Source of the DNA: a virus
DNA length: 64,000 bases
Reading direction: 5' to 3' (one strand)
Virus record (IMG/VR): IMGVR_UViG_3300049929_000026
Location: 73,619-137,618 of that record
Made by a program: the position numbers and the translations under genes. A model generated the notes under the pieces. The model did no database searches and was not told where the DNA came from. It saw only the letters and a list, made by a program, of their open reading frames with translations. Each line of letters starts with the position of its first letter. Positions within the stretch are counted from its first letter, which is position 1. This document shows positions 9,440-18,750 of the stretch, one piece after another.

Positions 9440-10014
9440 TCAAGCGGCTTTTGCTTTTCCAACCTGCTTCTGCAGCCGGGCGTTCTCCCGCTTCAGCGCC
9501 GTCACCTCCTTCGTGAGCGCCGCCACCTCGGTCTTTAGCCGGGCATTTTCCAGCTCTAAGCTGCCCTGCCGCTGGACGGCCCGGGTTGACGGAGCCAATG
9601 GGGCTTTCTTCTCGATCACGCCGTTGACGATACGTCGCACCTCCTTGGGGCTCGGCGCGCAGTGGTTTGCGTTGATGAACTGATCGAGCGACGCCTCGAC
9701 GAGCTGAACATTCGCCGTGTCAGCGGTGGCGCCTGGCGCCAGAAGGGCATGGCAAGACTCCACTCCAAGCGCCCGCACGCGATCCACGCCGTAGATCTCG
9801 ATCGCCTGGATCACGTTCCCATAACGGTTGAGCCCCATCGCGTTTGGGAACTCCCGCTGCAGGAAGTCACTGAACATCGGCGTCTCTGGCGTCTTCCAGA
9901 TGCCCTGCGTCTCTACTGCTCGAAGCTCGAGGAAGAGATCAACTCCGCTCTCCAGCCAGTTAGCTAGGAGCGTACGGATTTTGGATACGGCTTGTTCATA
10001 TGCTTGATTGCTCA
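9440..10014 (-). CDS. hypothetical protein with C-terminal coiled coil (possible DNA-binding regulator)
   Basis: Start MSNQAY with GGAG RBS directly after the last array repeat; WKTPETPMFSDFLQREF motif. Confidence 0.65.
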
Positions 10015-10025
10015 TTTTAACTCCA

Positions 10026-10132
10026 CTCTCAACACCTGACTTTTCTCTGATCCGTTCCGAGAGCTGGATTCGCACAGCTGAGGACGGGTGCCCAACCTCT
10101 CAACACCTGACTTCTCTCTGATCCGTTCCGAG
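10026..10132 (-). CRISPR. mini CRISPR array: two 36-bp repeats, one 35-bp spacer
   Basis: Repeats 10026-10061 and 10097-10132 (CTCGGAACGGATCAGAGA[A/G]AAGTCAGGTGTTGAGAG on minus, 1 mismatch); spacer 10062-10096; 54 nt downstream of the Cas12-like gene. Confidence 0.85.
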
Positions 10133-10186
10133 CGGTCATCAAGACCGCCAGCAAATTCGCGCTCTTGCCGTCCGCTTTGCGAGCGG

Positions 10187-11812
10187 TCACTCCGCGGCCC
10201 CTGCTTCTGGGGCCAGAGAATCCGAACCGCTCGCAGTCTTGACGCCCTTCTTCCCGAGTCCGCGCTTCTTCGCGCCGGCCTCCTGCATCTTCGCTAGCGC
10301 GTGTTTCTTGCCCACATCGAGTAGATGATTCGCGCATGCGATACCATCCACCGATGCCTTCAATTGGCATTGCTCGCAACGAAACCAGGCCGGCACTCGC
10401 ACAACCCGTTTCCAGACCTCGCCGTCGATGCGTTTGAACTCAACGACGTTGTCGCGGTGCTCAACGTTCGCTTCCGATGTGTGCGAGCAAGCCGGACATC
10501 GCTGCGAGACGAAGCGCGCGTTCTTGTAGTGCGTCCGGATCCCCACCTTGGTGAGCGCCCGATCGATCGTCTGCTGGCTTTCGTAGTAAGGCCACTGATG
10601 GATCAGTCGCTTCAGCTCGCTGTGGGCCTGTCCCTCGGTCTGCTTCTCGAAGTTCTCCCGGATCCCGGTCATGTTCTCCATAAACACGTCGCTAACTCCA
10701 TGAAGCGTGCACCAGCGAGCGAAGTCCGCCGCGCGCTGCCGGATCCGGTCCTTGACTCGCCGCGCTTCTCGATCGCCGATGGCAGTCAGCGGGAGTTCGC
10801 GACGCTTCACGCCGCGTCCGCGGGACCCGCTGCCATGGGCACGCATTCCCTTTGCGATGCGGCGTCTCTGCGCGGCATATTGCTCACGCATCGCGATGAT
10901 GTCAGTCCCCGGATCTTCCCACGTTGTGCCGTCCTCGGACATCGCCAGCATGAACACGTTGATCCCGAAGTTGCAGGCTACCGCATTGCCTGCCTTGTAG
11001 CCTTCGGCTCGGTGCTGAGACCACGAGATGAGCGCGAACCATTTACGCTTTCGCTCGTCGAACTTGATCCCGACCTTTCCAAGCTTGATCGACGCCTTCT
11101 CTTCGAGTTCGAACAGAGCTCGGTCCCTAGCCGCGCGCGCTGCCTTCATTACCTTGTCAGTGGCGTCTTTCGGGAGCGGTTTCTTGGCGGATCGCTCGAG
11201 CTCCACCACGCCTGCTCGGTTGCCCGCTCCACCCACCAGTTGCCTCCAAAGAACCACGGCGTTGCCGCCGCAAGGTGCAACAACGAGAGACGTTGCACCT
11301 TTGCCGGTGCCAAAGAAAGGGAAGGTGAGCCGGGCATCGTCAGGTGTCCCTGAGACTTCGCAGTTGCGTCCCTCCGAGAAGAAGGACTTGCCGGACCCTT
11401 CGAACGTCGGCACGCCCGCGCGACCAGCCAGCAGATCCTTGAGATGCTGCCCAGCGAAGCGCGAAAGTATGTGGTCCGAGGTTTCGCTACACAGAACGTC
11501 CCCGGGCGGGACGTGAGCCGCTGCGTAGTCTTTGCCTGACTTCTTCAGCATGTACGCGCATCGTCGCTCCATGCCGCGAGCCCAATGGAATCGCAGCCGC
11601 TTACGGACATCGTTCTGCCAGGTCGTGCTTGGTTTCTGCTTCTCCGATATCGCCTCGAGTTGGGAAATGGCGCCAGGGTATACGTCACGTAGCGAGAGAT
11701 TCAGCGCCATCGGCAGTGTCTCGCGAAGGGCTCGCATTCGCGCTCCGAGTTCGCTCCAGCTACCATTTGCTGGCTTGACGATCTCAACCTTGAGCGTCCC
11801 TGCCAGCTTCAT
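10187..11812 (-). CDS. TnpB/Cas12f-like type V effector, RuvC-I catalytic Asp replaced by Asn
   Basis: 541 aa; RuvC-I VACNFGIN, bridge helix, RuvC-II VFMENM, SQRCPAC...FRCEQC Zn finger, RuvC-III VDGIACAN; GGAGGA RBS; adjacent array. Confidence 0.85.
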   Translation of the reverse strand: MKLAGTLKVEIVKPANGSWSELGARMRALRETLPMALNLSLRDVYPGAISQLEAISEKQKPSTTWQNDVRKRLRFHWARGMERRCAYMLKKSGKDYAAAHVPPGDVLCSETSDHILSRFAGQHLKDLLAGRAGVPTFEGSGKSFFSEGRNCEVSGTPDDARLTFPFFGTGKGATSLVVAPCGGNAVVLWRQLVGGAGNRAGVVELERSAKKPLPKDATDKVMKAARAARDRALFELEEKASIKLGKVGIKFDERKRKWFALISWSQHRAEGYKAGNAVACNFGINVFMLAMSEDGTTWEDPGTDIIAMREQYAAQRRRIAKGMRAHGSGSRGRGVKRRELPLTAIGDREARRVKDRIRQRAADFARWCTLHGVSDVFMENMTGIRENFEKQTEGQAHSELKRLIHQWPYYESQQTIDRALTKVGIRTHYKNARFVSQRCPACSHTSEANVEHRDNVVEFKRIDGEVWKRVVRVPAWFRCEQCQLKASVDGIACANHLLDVGKKHALAKMQEAGAKKRGLGKKGVKTASGSDSLAPEAGAAE

Positions 11813-11829
11813 TGAAAATCCTCCAAGTG

Positions 11830-12075
11830 ATTCAAGGCAACCATCGACCGGCTAGTCAGGTGTTGACCATGCGACAAGCGCGTGGTCCTGCGGCCGAAGC
11901 CACTCAGCGAGTACGAAGACTCGCTATCTCGACGGTAGATCGCCGGTATTACCGGTCGTTGGCTGCCTTCAATCACTGTTCCAAAATAGAACCGACTCAT
12001 GTAGACCTGCTCCTGTCCGTTTACGCGGACCATGCCCGCGGTCGTGTGATAGCGACGCGCGGGCAACTTCAATCG
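11830..12075 (-). ncRNA. putative tracrRNA/scaffold with anti-repeat at 11854-11866; boundaries approximate
   Basis: Minus-strand TCAACACCTGACT is the exact complement of repeat AGTCAGGTGTTGA; overlaps a doubtful 89-aa ORF. Confidence 0.55.
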
Positions 12076-12316
12076 CACCCCCCGGGCTGGCTGTCAAGTG
12101 ACCACCAAAGCCCGGCGCCTCTCGTTCCTGCTTGTCGCTACTGACGTGATTCCAGTGATTACGCGTCTTTGCGGCGTCCCGGTCGCTCTCCGGGCGCCCC
12201 GGAGTTGCCTGGGCGCAATGTTCGCTTTAGCCTAAACAACAGGTCCAAGCACGTCGGCGCAAGCCGAAGGACGCCTCCGCCACGGGGTAACGCTGCCTAG
12301 CCCGGTAGGGCACGCA

Positions 12317-12895
12317 ATGTTCAACTTAGACAAATTCGCCAATGCGGTGCTGCTCGTGTTGAACGAGAGTCCGTCGCCGCCTGGGTTGACGGTGCTTCTG
12401 AAGGTGCTGTTTCGGTCGGACTTCGCACACTATCAGGAGCATTTGCGTTCGATCACCGGAGTGGAGTACGTGGCACTCGAGCGCGGACCTGTTCCCCACG
12501 ACTACCGCTCGCTTCTTCAGAAGCTAGCAAGCCGGGGCGACGTTGTGGCCGAACGTGTCGACGTTGCCTCGGGCTACAAGCCCATGGAGTGCTACCGCGC
12601 GCTCCGCCGTCCGGATCTCGCGGCCTTCGATCCGAGCGAACTTGCGGTGCTACGCGCGGTCATTGCGGCGGACGCGGGCAAAACGGGAAAGCAGCTGAGC
12701 GACGAGACACATGCCGAACTCCCTTGGCGGGCTGTCTGGCGCGACGGGGAAGGCGAATCCGCCCAGATCCCCTATGCCCTCTCTCGCTGGGAAGAGAACC
12801 GTTGCAATGCGGCGGACCTCACTCAAGCCGCAAACGAGCTGCAGCGAACCGATGTGCAGGCGGTGATTGCGCAACTTGTTCGACCAACTGGCTAG
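12317..12895 (+). CDS. Panacea (DUF4065/SocA-like) antitoxin-domain protein
   Basis: LTVLLKVLFRSDFAHY...SITGVEYVALERGPVP...KQLSDETHAELPW. Confidence 0.8.
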   Translation: MFNLDKFANAVLLVLNESPSPPGLTVLLKVLFRSDFAHYQEHLRSITGVEYVALERGPVPHDYRSLLQKLASRGDVVAERVDVASGYKPMECYRALRRPDLAAFDPSELAVLRAVIAADAGKTGKQLSDETHAELPWRAVWRDGEGESAQIPYALSRWEENRCNAADLTQAANELQRTDVQAVIAQLVRPTG

Positions 12896-12979
12896 CCAGC
12901 AGCCGTGCCGAGACACATGCCACTGGTGCGGCGCTCCGTGCCGTTCGAATCGGATGTTGCCGCGCTGCGAATGCGATAT

Positions 12980-13270
12980 GCGGCGACCCGGCGATTGCCG
13001 AGGCGCACCTGCCGCTGATTCACTTGGTGTTCTCGAATTTCAAGGCGTGGCTGCAAGGGACTCACCATTCTGTTTCTCCGAAGCATTTGCAGGCCTATGC
13101 CAACGAATACGTGTTCCGGTTCAATCGGCGGTTCTACCCGCTCAACGGGTTCCGATCGCTGTTGGGGCTCGGCGCGCTGCGCGAGGCGCCGACGTACGAT
13201 GAGCTGTACTCGGATGCGTGCGTACATCCCGTCGCAGTTGGTCCGTGGGAGCTAACCGGATGAGCATGGA
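12980..13270 (+). mobile_element. IS1595-family transposase 3' remnant with probable right end
   Basis: LPLIHLVFSNFKAWLQGTHHSVSPKHLQAYANEYVFRFNRR is the IS1595 DDE C-terminus; N-terminal part absent. Confidence 0.8.
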
Positions 13271-13386
13271 AATAACATCGGTCTGCGGCTTGCCGTTGTC
13301 ACCGGCAGAGTCAGCGCGGACTTCGAGCTCCACGGGGAGCAGCATGAGACGCTACAGGATACGCTGCCGAGAAAAGTGAGAAGGAA

Positions 13387-13620
13387 ATGCTAGCTTCAGG
13401 ATTCCTATTAATCGTGTTCGGATTCTTCTGCCTGATCTTCATGACGATCGAAAAGGTCGGCAGGAACGCTAGACGTCGCCTGATGCTTGCCGAGCACGAG
13501 CGGCGGAAGGCAATGCTCTATCTGGAACATGGCCGACAAGTCCGTGCCTTGTACGAGAGCCACCGAAAGCGCGCGCCGGAAAAGTTCCACGCTCCGCCAT
13601 ATGACGTGGAAGAATCATGA
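13387..13620 (+). CDS. small single-TM membrane protein
   Basis: AAGGA RBS; hydrophobic N-terminal 20 aa. Confidence 0.55.
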   Translation: MLASGFLLIVFGFFCLIFMTIEKVGRNARRRLMLAEHERRKAMLYLEHGRQVRALYESHRKRAPEKFHAPPYDVEES

Positions 13621-13776
13621 GCCGCGCGCGACGTCAGCAGAAGCGCCGTGCCCGCGCTTGGCAGCTCGAGGTGAGGGACACCGTGTACGGGTGGCGCGCC
13701 GCGTGGTTGATGGGTGATCGAGAGCGCTTCAAGGTGCATTGCTACTCGCGGGTTGAAAGGCGGTTCGATCGAGTGG

Positions 13777-14346
13777 TCACGTGACCACCTTGATCCCGTT
13801 CGTCGCCGCTTGCGATCTGTCTATCGGCAGCCGCCCATGGCACGAGTTTTCTCCGGGCCTTGGGAAGTTCAACGCCGCAAACTCGCCGAAATACTCGCGA
13901 GCCGCCGCGTCGTATGCCCGGGCAGCGTCCTCCTCATCCGTGAAGTACCCAAGGTGTTTTGGGACGTGTGTTTTCTGGTAGTACTGGCCGCCAGAGATCA
14001 TGGCTCGCCATTTCTTGCCGCGCTTGTACCAAGCAACACCTTTGAATCTAGACGTGCCAGTTGTACGAGCGCGCATATTGAAGTGATTTTTGGCAGTCGT
14101 CGTCGCTCGCAGATTTGTGCGGCGATTATTCAGCCCATCGCCGTCTCGGTGATCTACCTCCTCTGCGTCGGACAGGATCACTCGATGCATTAGCAACAGC
14201 TTCTGTTCACCGTTTTCGCAATGAAGCCTGCGGGCGTACCAAGTGTTCCGATGCTGCCAAGCGTGCCAAGTCTTTCCCGCAAAGAGGTGCGCGTCAGCCT
14301 CGTCTACGATCGCCTTCATTCCGTTGCTAAGAATGATCTCCGTCAT
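13777..14346 (-). CDS. HNH-AP2 homing endonuclease-like protein
   Basis: VDHRDGDGLNNRRTNLR (HNH) plus SRFKGV...HLGYFTDEEDAARAYDAAAREYFGEFAALNFP (AP2). Confidence 0.92.
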   Translation of the reverse strand: MTEIILSNGMKAIVDEADAHLFAGKTWHAWQHRNTWYARRLHCENGEQKLLLMHRVILSDAEEVDHRDGDGLNNRRTNLRATTTAKNHFNMRARTTGTSRFKGVAWYKRGKKWRAMISGGQYYQKTHVPKHLGYFTDEEDAARAYDAAAREYFGEFAALNFPRPGENSCHGRLPIDRSQAATNGIKVVT

Positions 14347-14383
14347 GAATTGTTAGTATACGACAGCGGTGGTCAACTGACCA

Positions 14384-17194
14384 CTAAGCGGACCGACGAA
14401 TCGACTTCTTGTCGAGGTATGCCTGCGCGATTTTCTTCATTCGGTCCAGGTCGACTTCTTGAGGCAGATCGTTGCCGACTTTCAGATCTCGTACGCCTTC
14501 AAGCTGCGCGCGCTTGATTCCCAAAATGTCGCTGATCACCGGATCGGATCCCTCGTCGGCGAGTAGGAAATAGGAGAACACGGGAAGCAGCTGGCCATCG
14601 CGGTGAATCCTGGTGTCGTTCTGCTCATGGATCCCAGGGCTATAGTCGAGCTCAGCGGACACGACGTTATTGCAGACGTGCTGAAGCCCGTCGAGCCCCT
14701 CACCGGAACGCAGGCTCATGATCAGGATCTTGGTTTCGCCTGCGATAAAGCGCCGCTTGGACTCCTCCTTCTCTTTGACCGATTCGAGTCCCGTGTAGAA
14801 AGCGGGAGCGAAGTCCTTCAGCTTATCGCGCAGCACGTCATACACGGCGTGATGCCACGCGAAGCACACAACTGACTCGCCGCCCTCCACCAGCATCCTC
14901 AGGAACTCCGCCACATACGGCGCCTTCGCCAGCCCCGTAGATTGGCGCAACAGATTGTCGAGCTTGCCTGCGGCCTGCATGCGCGCACCCTTCGACATCT
15001 CACCCTTCGCGAGAATCGTGCGCGCCAAAGCCGTGGCTTGACCATCGACAGCATCGAGCACCTTTTGATCGAAATCGATGTAGTGCGGGATCCGCGTAAG
15101 CGCGGGCAACTGACGTCCGACGTCTTCCTTCGTGCGCCGAATCATCAATCCGGAATCGCGCAGGTACGAGCCCATCGCCTCAGGTGATTTGAGTTTCAGT
15201 TTGCCGGGCTTGTCGGCGTCTCCGGTGCAGTGCTCCTGCTTGAATTCGCTGAGCAGTCCGAGCGCGCCAGGGCGAATGAATTCCATCACGTTCCAGAGCT
15301 CGCCGCCGAGATTTAGAAATGGAGTTCCGGAGAGGCCGATTCGGAACTGAACCCGGCGGGATATTTTCATCGCGGCCTTGCCCTTATTGGTGTCCTCGCC
15401 ATTTCTAAATTCGTGAACCTCGTCATAGACGACGCTCCCTAACTTCACGAGTTGTGCCTGTCCGGCGAGCTTTTCGTTTCCAGAGAGATAGTCGCCCCAT
15501 CCTGGGATCTTCGAATAGCTCGTGATGATCACATCAGGCAGAACGCCGCCGCATTGTTTCGCGATGTCATATGGACGCGTTCCTCTCAAAATGTGCGTCG
15601 ACATGCGCGGCAAGAACTTGCGAAGCTCCGCTTGCCACTGCGATGGCAGGGCAGTCTTCGTCACCACGAGCGCGGGGCGTGTTCGCGGGTCGGTCAAAGC
15701 ACAGGCGGCAGAGATCGTGTTGTGCGTCGCGAGATACCCGTCTGTCAGATATAGATGACGTTTTGAGCTGACCCGGATACATTGGACTGGTTTAATCCCC
15801 GCAGGTTCGACTGTTTTGATAGCGCGGGCCATCAACGGCATACGCCATCGCTCAGCCTTGCGTTTGAGAGCGAATGGGCAAATCGGTATACGGATATGTA
15901 CCGTATATGAGAGACGCCCCTGACGGCGCTCCCCAAGATGTTCGTAATTAGTGTGTCGGCTGTACAACGACGCGAACCCACCTAATGTACCAACAAGATC
16001 TTGTACGCCCTCCGCCAATGGCAAAGAGGTCGATGTGAACGTGACGGTACCGCTCGTTCCACATGTGCCATCCGTGTCCATCAGCCCCTTGAGTAGAGCC
16101 AAACGATCGCTCACTGCGGCGCACAGGTACTCATGCGGGATAGTCTTTTCCCACGAGCGCTTCCCAGCCAGCCCTAACGCGCGCAACGCTTCTATCAGCG
16201 CGTTTTTTTGTCCACCGCGATTCCCGCTGGTAATGTTGTAGTCGAAATTGGACCCGCAAACGGGATGTAGCCATAGCCCGGGCGGAAGCGCAGATATCAC
16301 ATGATCAAGAATTTCTTGATCAGCAGATGATATTGCAACTCCTGCCTGCTTTAGATGCCCATCTCCCAAGAGAACCCCGAGCAGATACGCTGGTATCGGC
16401 AATGGGGGCGCCGGGGCAAACGTGACCGGCTTGGATATTGGCAGGAAGTACTTCGAGTTGACCCTCCCTTTGCCCATGTCGGTATTCAAGGACTTGCGGA
16501 TCTCTGAGAGCGGCAATGTCCTGCTCTTACCGGTATATCGGTCTTGCGCAGTGTGGACGGTCCATAGATGCTCATCGCAGCATTCTGCGGATGCTCCGTC
16601 GGCTGTTGTAACACGAAACACGGGGCGATCTCCTTGTGGAAATATCGCTTCGACGAATGCCGTGCCGCCGTCCGGATCGCTGATTTCATCGCCCACGGCG
16701 AGCTCGCCCATTTTCCTCCAACCATATGGAGTGAGAACCACTGCGTCTAATGGCTGAGCCTTGCCCAGGCCCATCTGGTCGCCGATGAGCACCCCACCTG
16801 TCCGCAGCGCGAGCTCCGCTGCCACCTTCTGGTAGTCGCGTGGCGGCAACGCGAGTTTGAATTCTTGCGGTTTACGCGCTGGGTCCCCGATAATTTGGTG
16901 GACCGCAAATTCCGCTTCGCGGTGTTCATTCGCGCGTCGCGCAAGCCGGATCTCGCTCTCCTTATCGACGTAGTCGAACGGGAACCGTGATTGAAACCAC
17001 TCGATGTCCCGTGACACCTCAGGCGTGTCCATGATGCAGATGATCTCGCGCGTCTTTCCCGCTTGGTATCGCGGCTTCGACATTCGCGGGAACACGCGAC
17101 GCATGCGCAATAACACGTGTGGATCGCACTCAATGATCCAAGAACCATGGTGGTACTTTAGCGTCCCGTAGGTTTTGATCTCTTCTTTGCTCAC
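14384..17194 (-). CDS. SNF2-family helicase containing an intein
   Basis: DQMGLGK|T Walker A split by intein, DEVH, LSGTP, MIRRTK, GEGLDGL, RIHRDGQ. Confidence 0.93.
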   Translation of the reverse strand: MSKEEIKTYGTLKYHHGSWIIECDPHVLLRMRRVFPRMSKPRYQAGKTREIICIMDTPEVSRDIEWFQSRFPFDYVDKESEIRLARRANEHREAEFAVHQIIGDPARKPQEFKLALPPRDYQKVAAELALRTGGVLIGDQMGLGKAQPLDAVVLTPYGWRKMGELAVGDEISDPDGGTAFVEAIFPQGDRPVFRVTTADGASAECCDEHLWTVHTAQDRYTGKSRTLPLSEIRKSLNTDMGKGRVNSKYFLPISKPVTFAPAPPLPIPAYLLGVLLGDGHLKQAGVAISSADQEILDHVISALPPGLWLHPVCGSNFDYNITSGNRGGQKNALIEALRALGLAGKRSWEKTIPHEYLCAAVSDRLALLKGLMDTDGTCGTSGTVTFTSTSLPLAEGVQDLVGTLGGFASLYSRHTNYEHLGERRQGRLSYTVHIRIPICPFALKRKAERWRMPLMARAIKTVEPAGIKPVQCIRVSSKRHLYLTDGYLATHNTISAACALTDPRTRPALVVTKTALPSQWQAELRKFLPRMSTHILRGTRPYDIAKQCGGVLPDVIITSYSKIPGWGDYLSGNEKLAGQAQLVKLGSVVYDEVHEFRNGEDTNKGKAAMKISRRVQFRIGLSGTPFLNLGGELWNVMEFIRPGALGLLSEFKQEHCTGDADKPGKLKLKSPEAMGSYLRDSGLMIRRTKEDVGRQLPALTRIPHYIDFDQKVLDAVDGQATALARTILAKGEMSKGARMQAAGKLDNLLRQSTGLAKAPYVAEFLRMLVEGGESVVCFAWHHAVYDVLRDKLKDFAPAFYTGLESVKEKEESKRRFIAGETKILIMSLRSGEGLDGLQHVCNNVVSAELDYSPGIHEQNDTRIHRDGQLLPVFSYFLLADEGSDPVISDILGIKRAQLEGVRDLKVGNDLPQEVDLDRMKKIAQAYLDKKSIRRSA
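15719..16759 (-). mobile_element. 347-aa class 3-type intein with LAGLIDADG endonuclease
   Basis: Starts AQPLD, ends ATHN before Thr; EHLW, VQCI, ATHN (WCT signature); LLGVLLGDG and LKGLMDTDG motifs. Confidence 0.9.
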
Positions 17195-17556
17195 ACGATA
17201 CCCGGAAGGATGACGGCCGCCCGCAACGGCTTTCCGTTCAGCTCGAGCGGCACTCTGGCCAGCGTACTTTTGGTAGTAACGAGTACGAGCGCTGAGATCC
17301 GCTCGTGCTTGGCATAACGCTCAAGCTGCCGAATCACGGCGCCGACCCCGCCCGCTACCTTTACTTCAATGCCAACGGCGCCGACAAGGAAGTCGATGCG
17401 GTCCTTTGGCGAAAGCGTGACCTCCCGCAGGTGCTCGACCCCCTCGCGCTTCAGCAGAGCCTCGATCGCCGCCTGCACGCGATACTCCTCACCGAGTCCG
17501 CGCAGCGACCGCTCGAACAGTAGGCAGAGTTCGTGAGCTGCCGGTGCCGCACTCAC
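17191..17556 (-). CDS. PD-(D/E)xK nuclease-like protein
   Basis: RIDFLVGAVGIEVK motif; coupled to the SNF2 gene. Confidence 0.65.
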   Translation of the reverse strand: MSAAPAAHELCLLFERSLRGLGEEYRVQAAIEALLKREGVEHLREVTLSPKDRIDFLVGAVGIEVKVAGGVGAVIRQLERYAKHERISALVLVTTKSTLARVPLELNGKPLRAAVILPGIV

Positions 17557-18149
17557 TTCGCGTTCCCATTTCCATCACACGCCGGGCACTTGGCACAATG
17601 GGCGTGGTTCACCGCCAATATTTCCGCGTCGAGTGCCGCATAGGCCTCGCTCAGTTCTTTCACCGCCGCGAAGACGCGATGACGCGCCTGCATCAGCCGC
17701 CAATCGCGGCCGTGAATCTGCTCCTGGAGCTCGTCGCTAAACTTAATCGGTGGGCCGAAACGCTCCATCTAGATCCCTTTCTCAAAAGTTCGCTTCACCA
17801 TCCGCCAGCGCCGCATCCTCAGAATCTCCACTCCGCCCAGCGTGGCCCGCGCGGCCGTATGCAGGCCCAACAGCTCGGCCAGGTGGTGCTGGACGTCGTC
17901 CTCCGGGGTCTCGGGTTTCAGGCGGCCATGACGTGCCCAGGGTGGGTTGCCGCCTCCGAGTGGCCTGGGGCCCGGCACTTCAACGATCCACATTGATGTT
18001 CCTCCGCTTCGCTTCCTCGATCACCTCAAGCGCAGCGGCCTCGTATTCGTCGCGTCGACGCTGAGGGAGAGAGCGCCACAGGTCGTAGCTCGGCTCGCGT
18101 TCAATCTCACCGGCGCGGAGCTGTCGGAACAAGTGCTCACCGAGAGTCA

Positions 18150-18500
18150 TCAATCTGTGAACTCCCAGGCAATTTCGTCCTCGCGCCGCGCCGTGCGCCG
18201 CCGTTCTTCCCGCGCTTTGTCGGCCGCGTCTTCAGCCACCCTGAAGGCCAGCCAACTCGCGTGTTCCTCCGTCTTCTCGGCTTCGTACGGGGCGCGGATC
18301 TCAGCTTCAAGATCGGCGAATGCTTGCGCCAGTCTAACACCTGATTCGGCGGAGAGCACGTTGGTCCATTCGCCAGTCGCGACCCAGAGCCTGACGTGCT
18401 GCGGCGTGTGAATATCATCCCAATCCAACCCGAACGAGAGGTGCTTCCAGGCGCGAGCCCGGTGCCGTTGTTCAACTGAAGTGGTCAATTGACCGCCTAT
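18150..18500 (-). CDS. hypothetical protein
   Basis: In-operon ORF; start uncertain. Confidence 0.4.
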   Translation of the reverse strand: MGGQLTTSVEQRHRARAWKHLSFGLDWDDIHTPQHVRLWVATGEWTNVLSAESGVRLAQAFADLEAEIRAPYEAEKTEEHASWLAFRVAEDAADKAREERRRTARREDEIAWEFTD

Positions 18501-18750
18501 TTCTCCACCCGACACTGTGGGCAGTCGCACACAGTGTCAATCTCGACCGCTGCGGATGCCGCGCGAAGGCCGATTTGATAACCGCTCTGGAAGGCAACGC
18601 GCTCGGGCTCTCGGCCAGCGGCGTCTCGCTCGCGCAATGCACGGCGAAGTTCCGAGCACATCTCACGCGCGGCAAGCAGCCTTCGGCGATAACCTGCAGC
18701 GCCGAGAGCGCACGCCGTGCCGTAGAGGACGAAGAACCAATCAGCCGCGG

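Noticed and set aside
10187-11812. Effector as Cas12k (CAST) or an ordinary IS TnpB
   Set aside because: No tnsB/tnsC/tniQ or tnpA in the window; longer than typical TnpB and accompanied by an array and anti-repeat
11809-12078. 89-aa ORF upstream of the effector
   Set aside because: No recognisable motif; the region is better explained as tracr-like RNA, although the ATGA overlap means it is not excluded
12305-12315. 9/11 match of the spacer 5' end just upstream of the Panacea gene
   Set aside because: Too short and mismatched; worth revisiting only if the PAM fits
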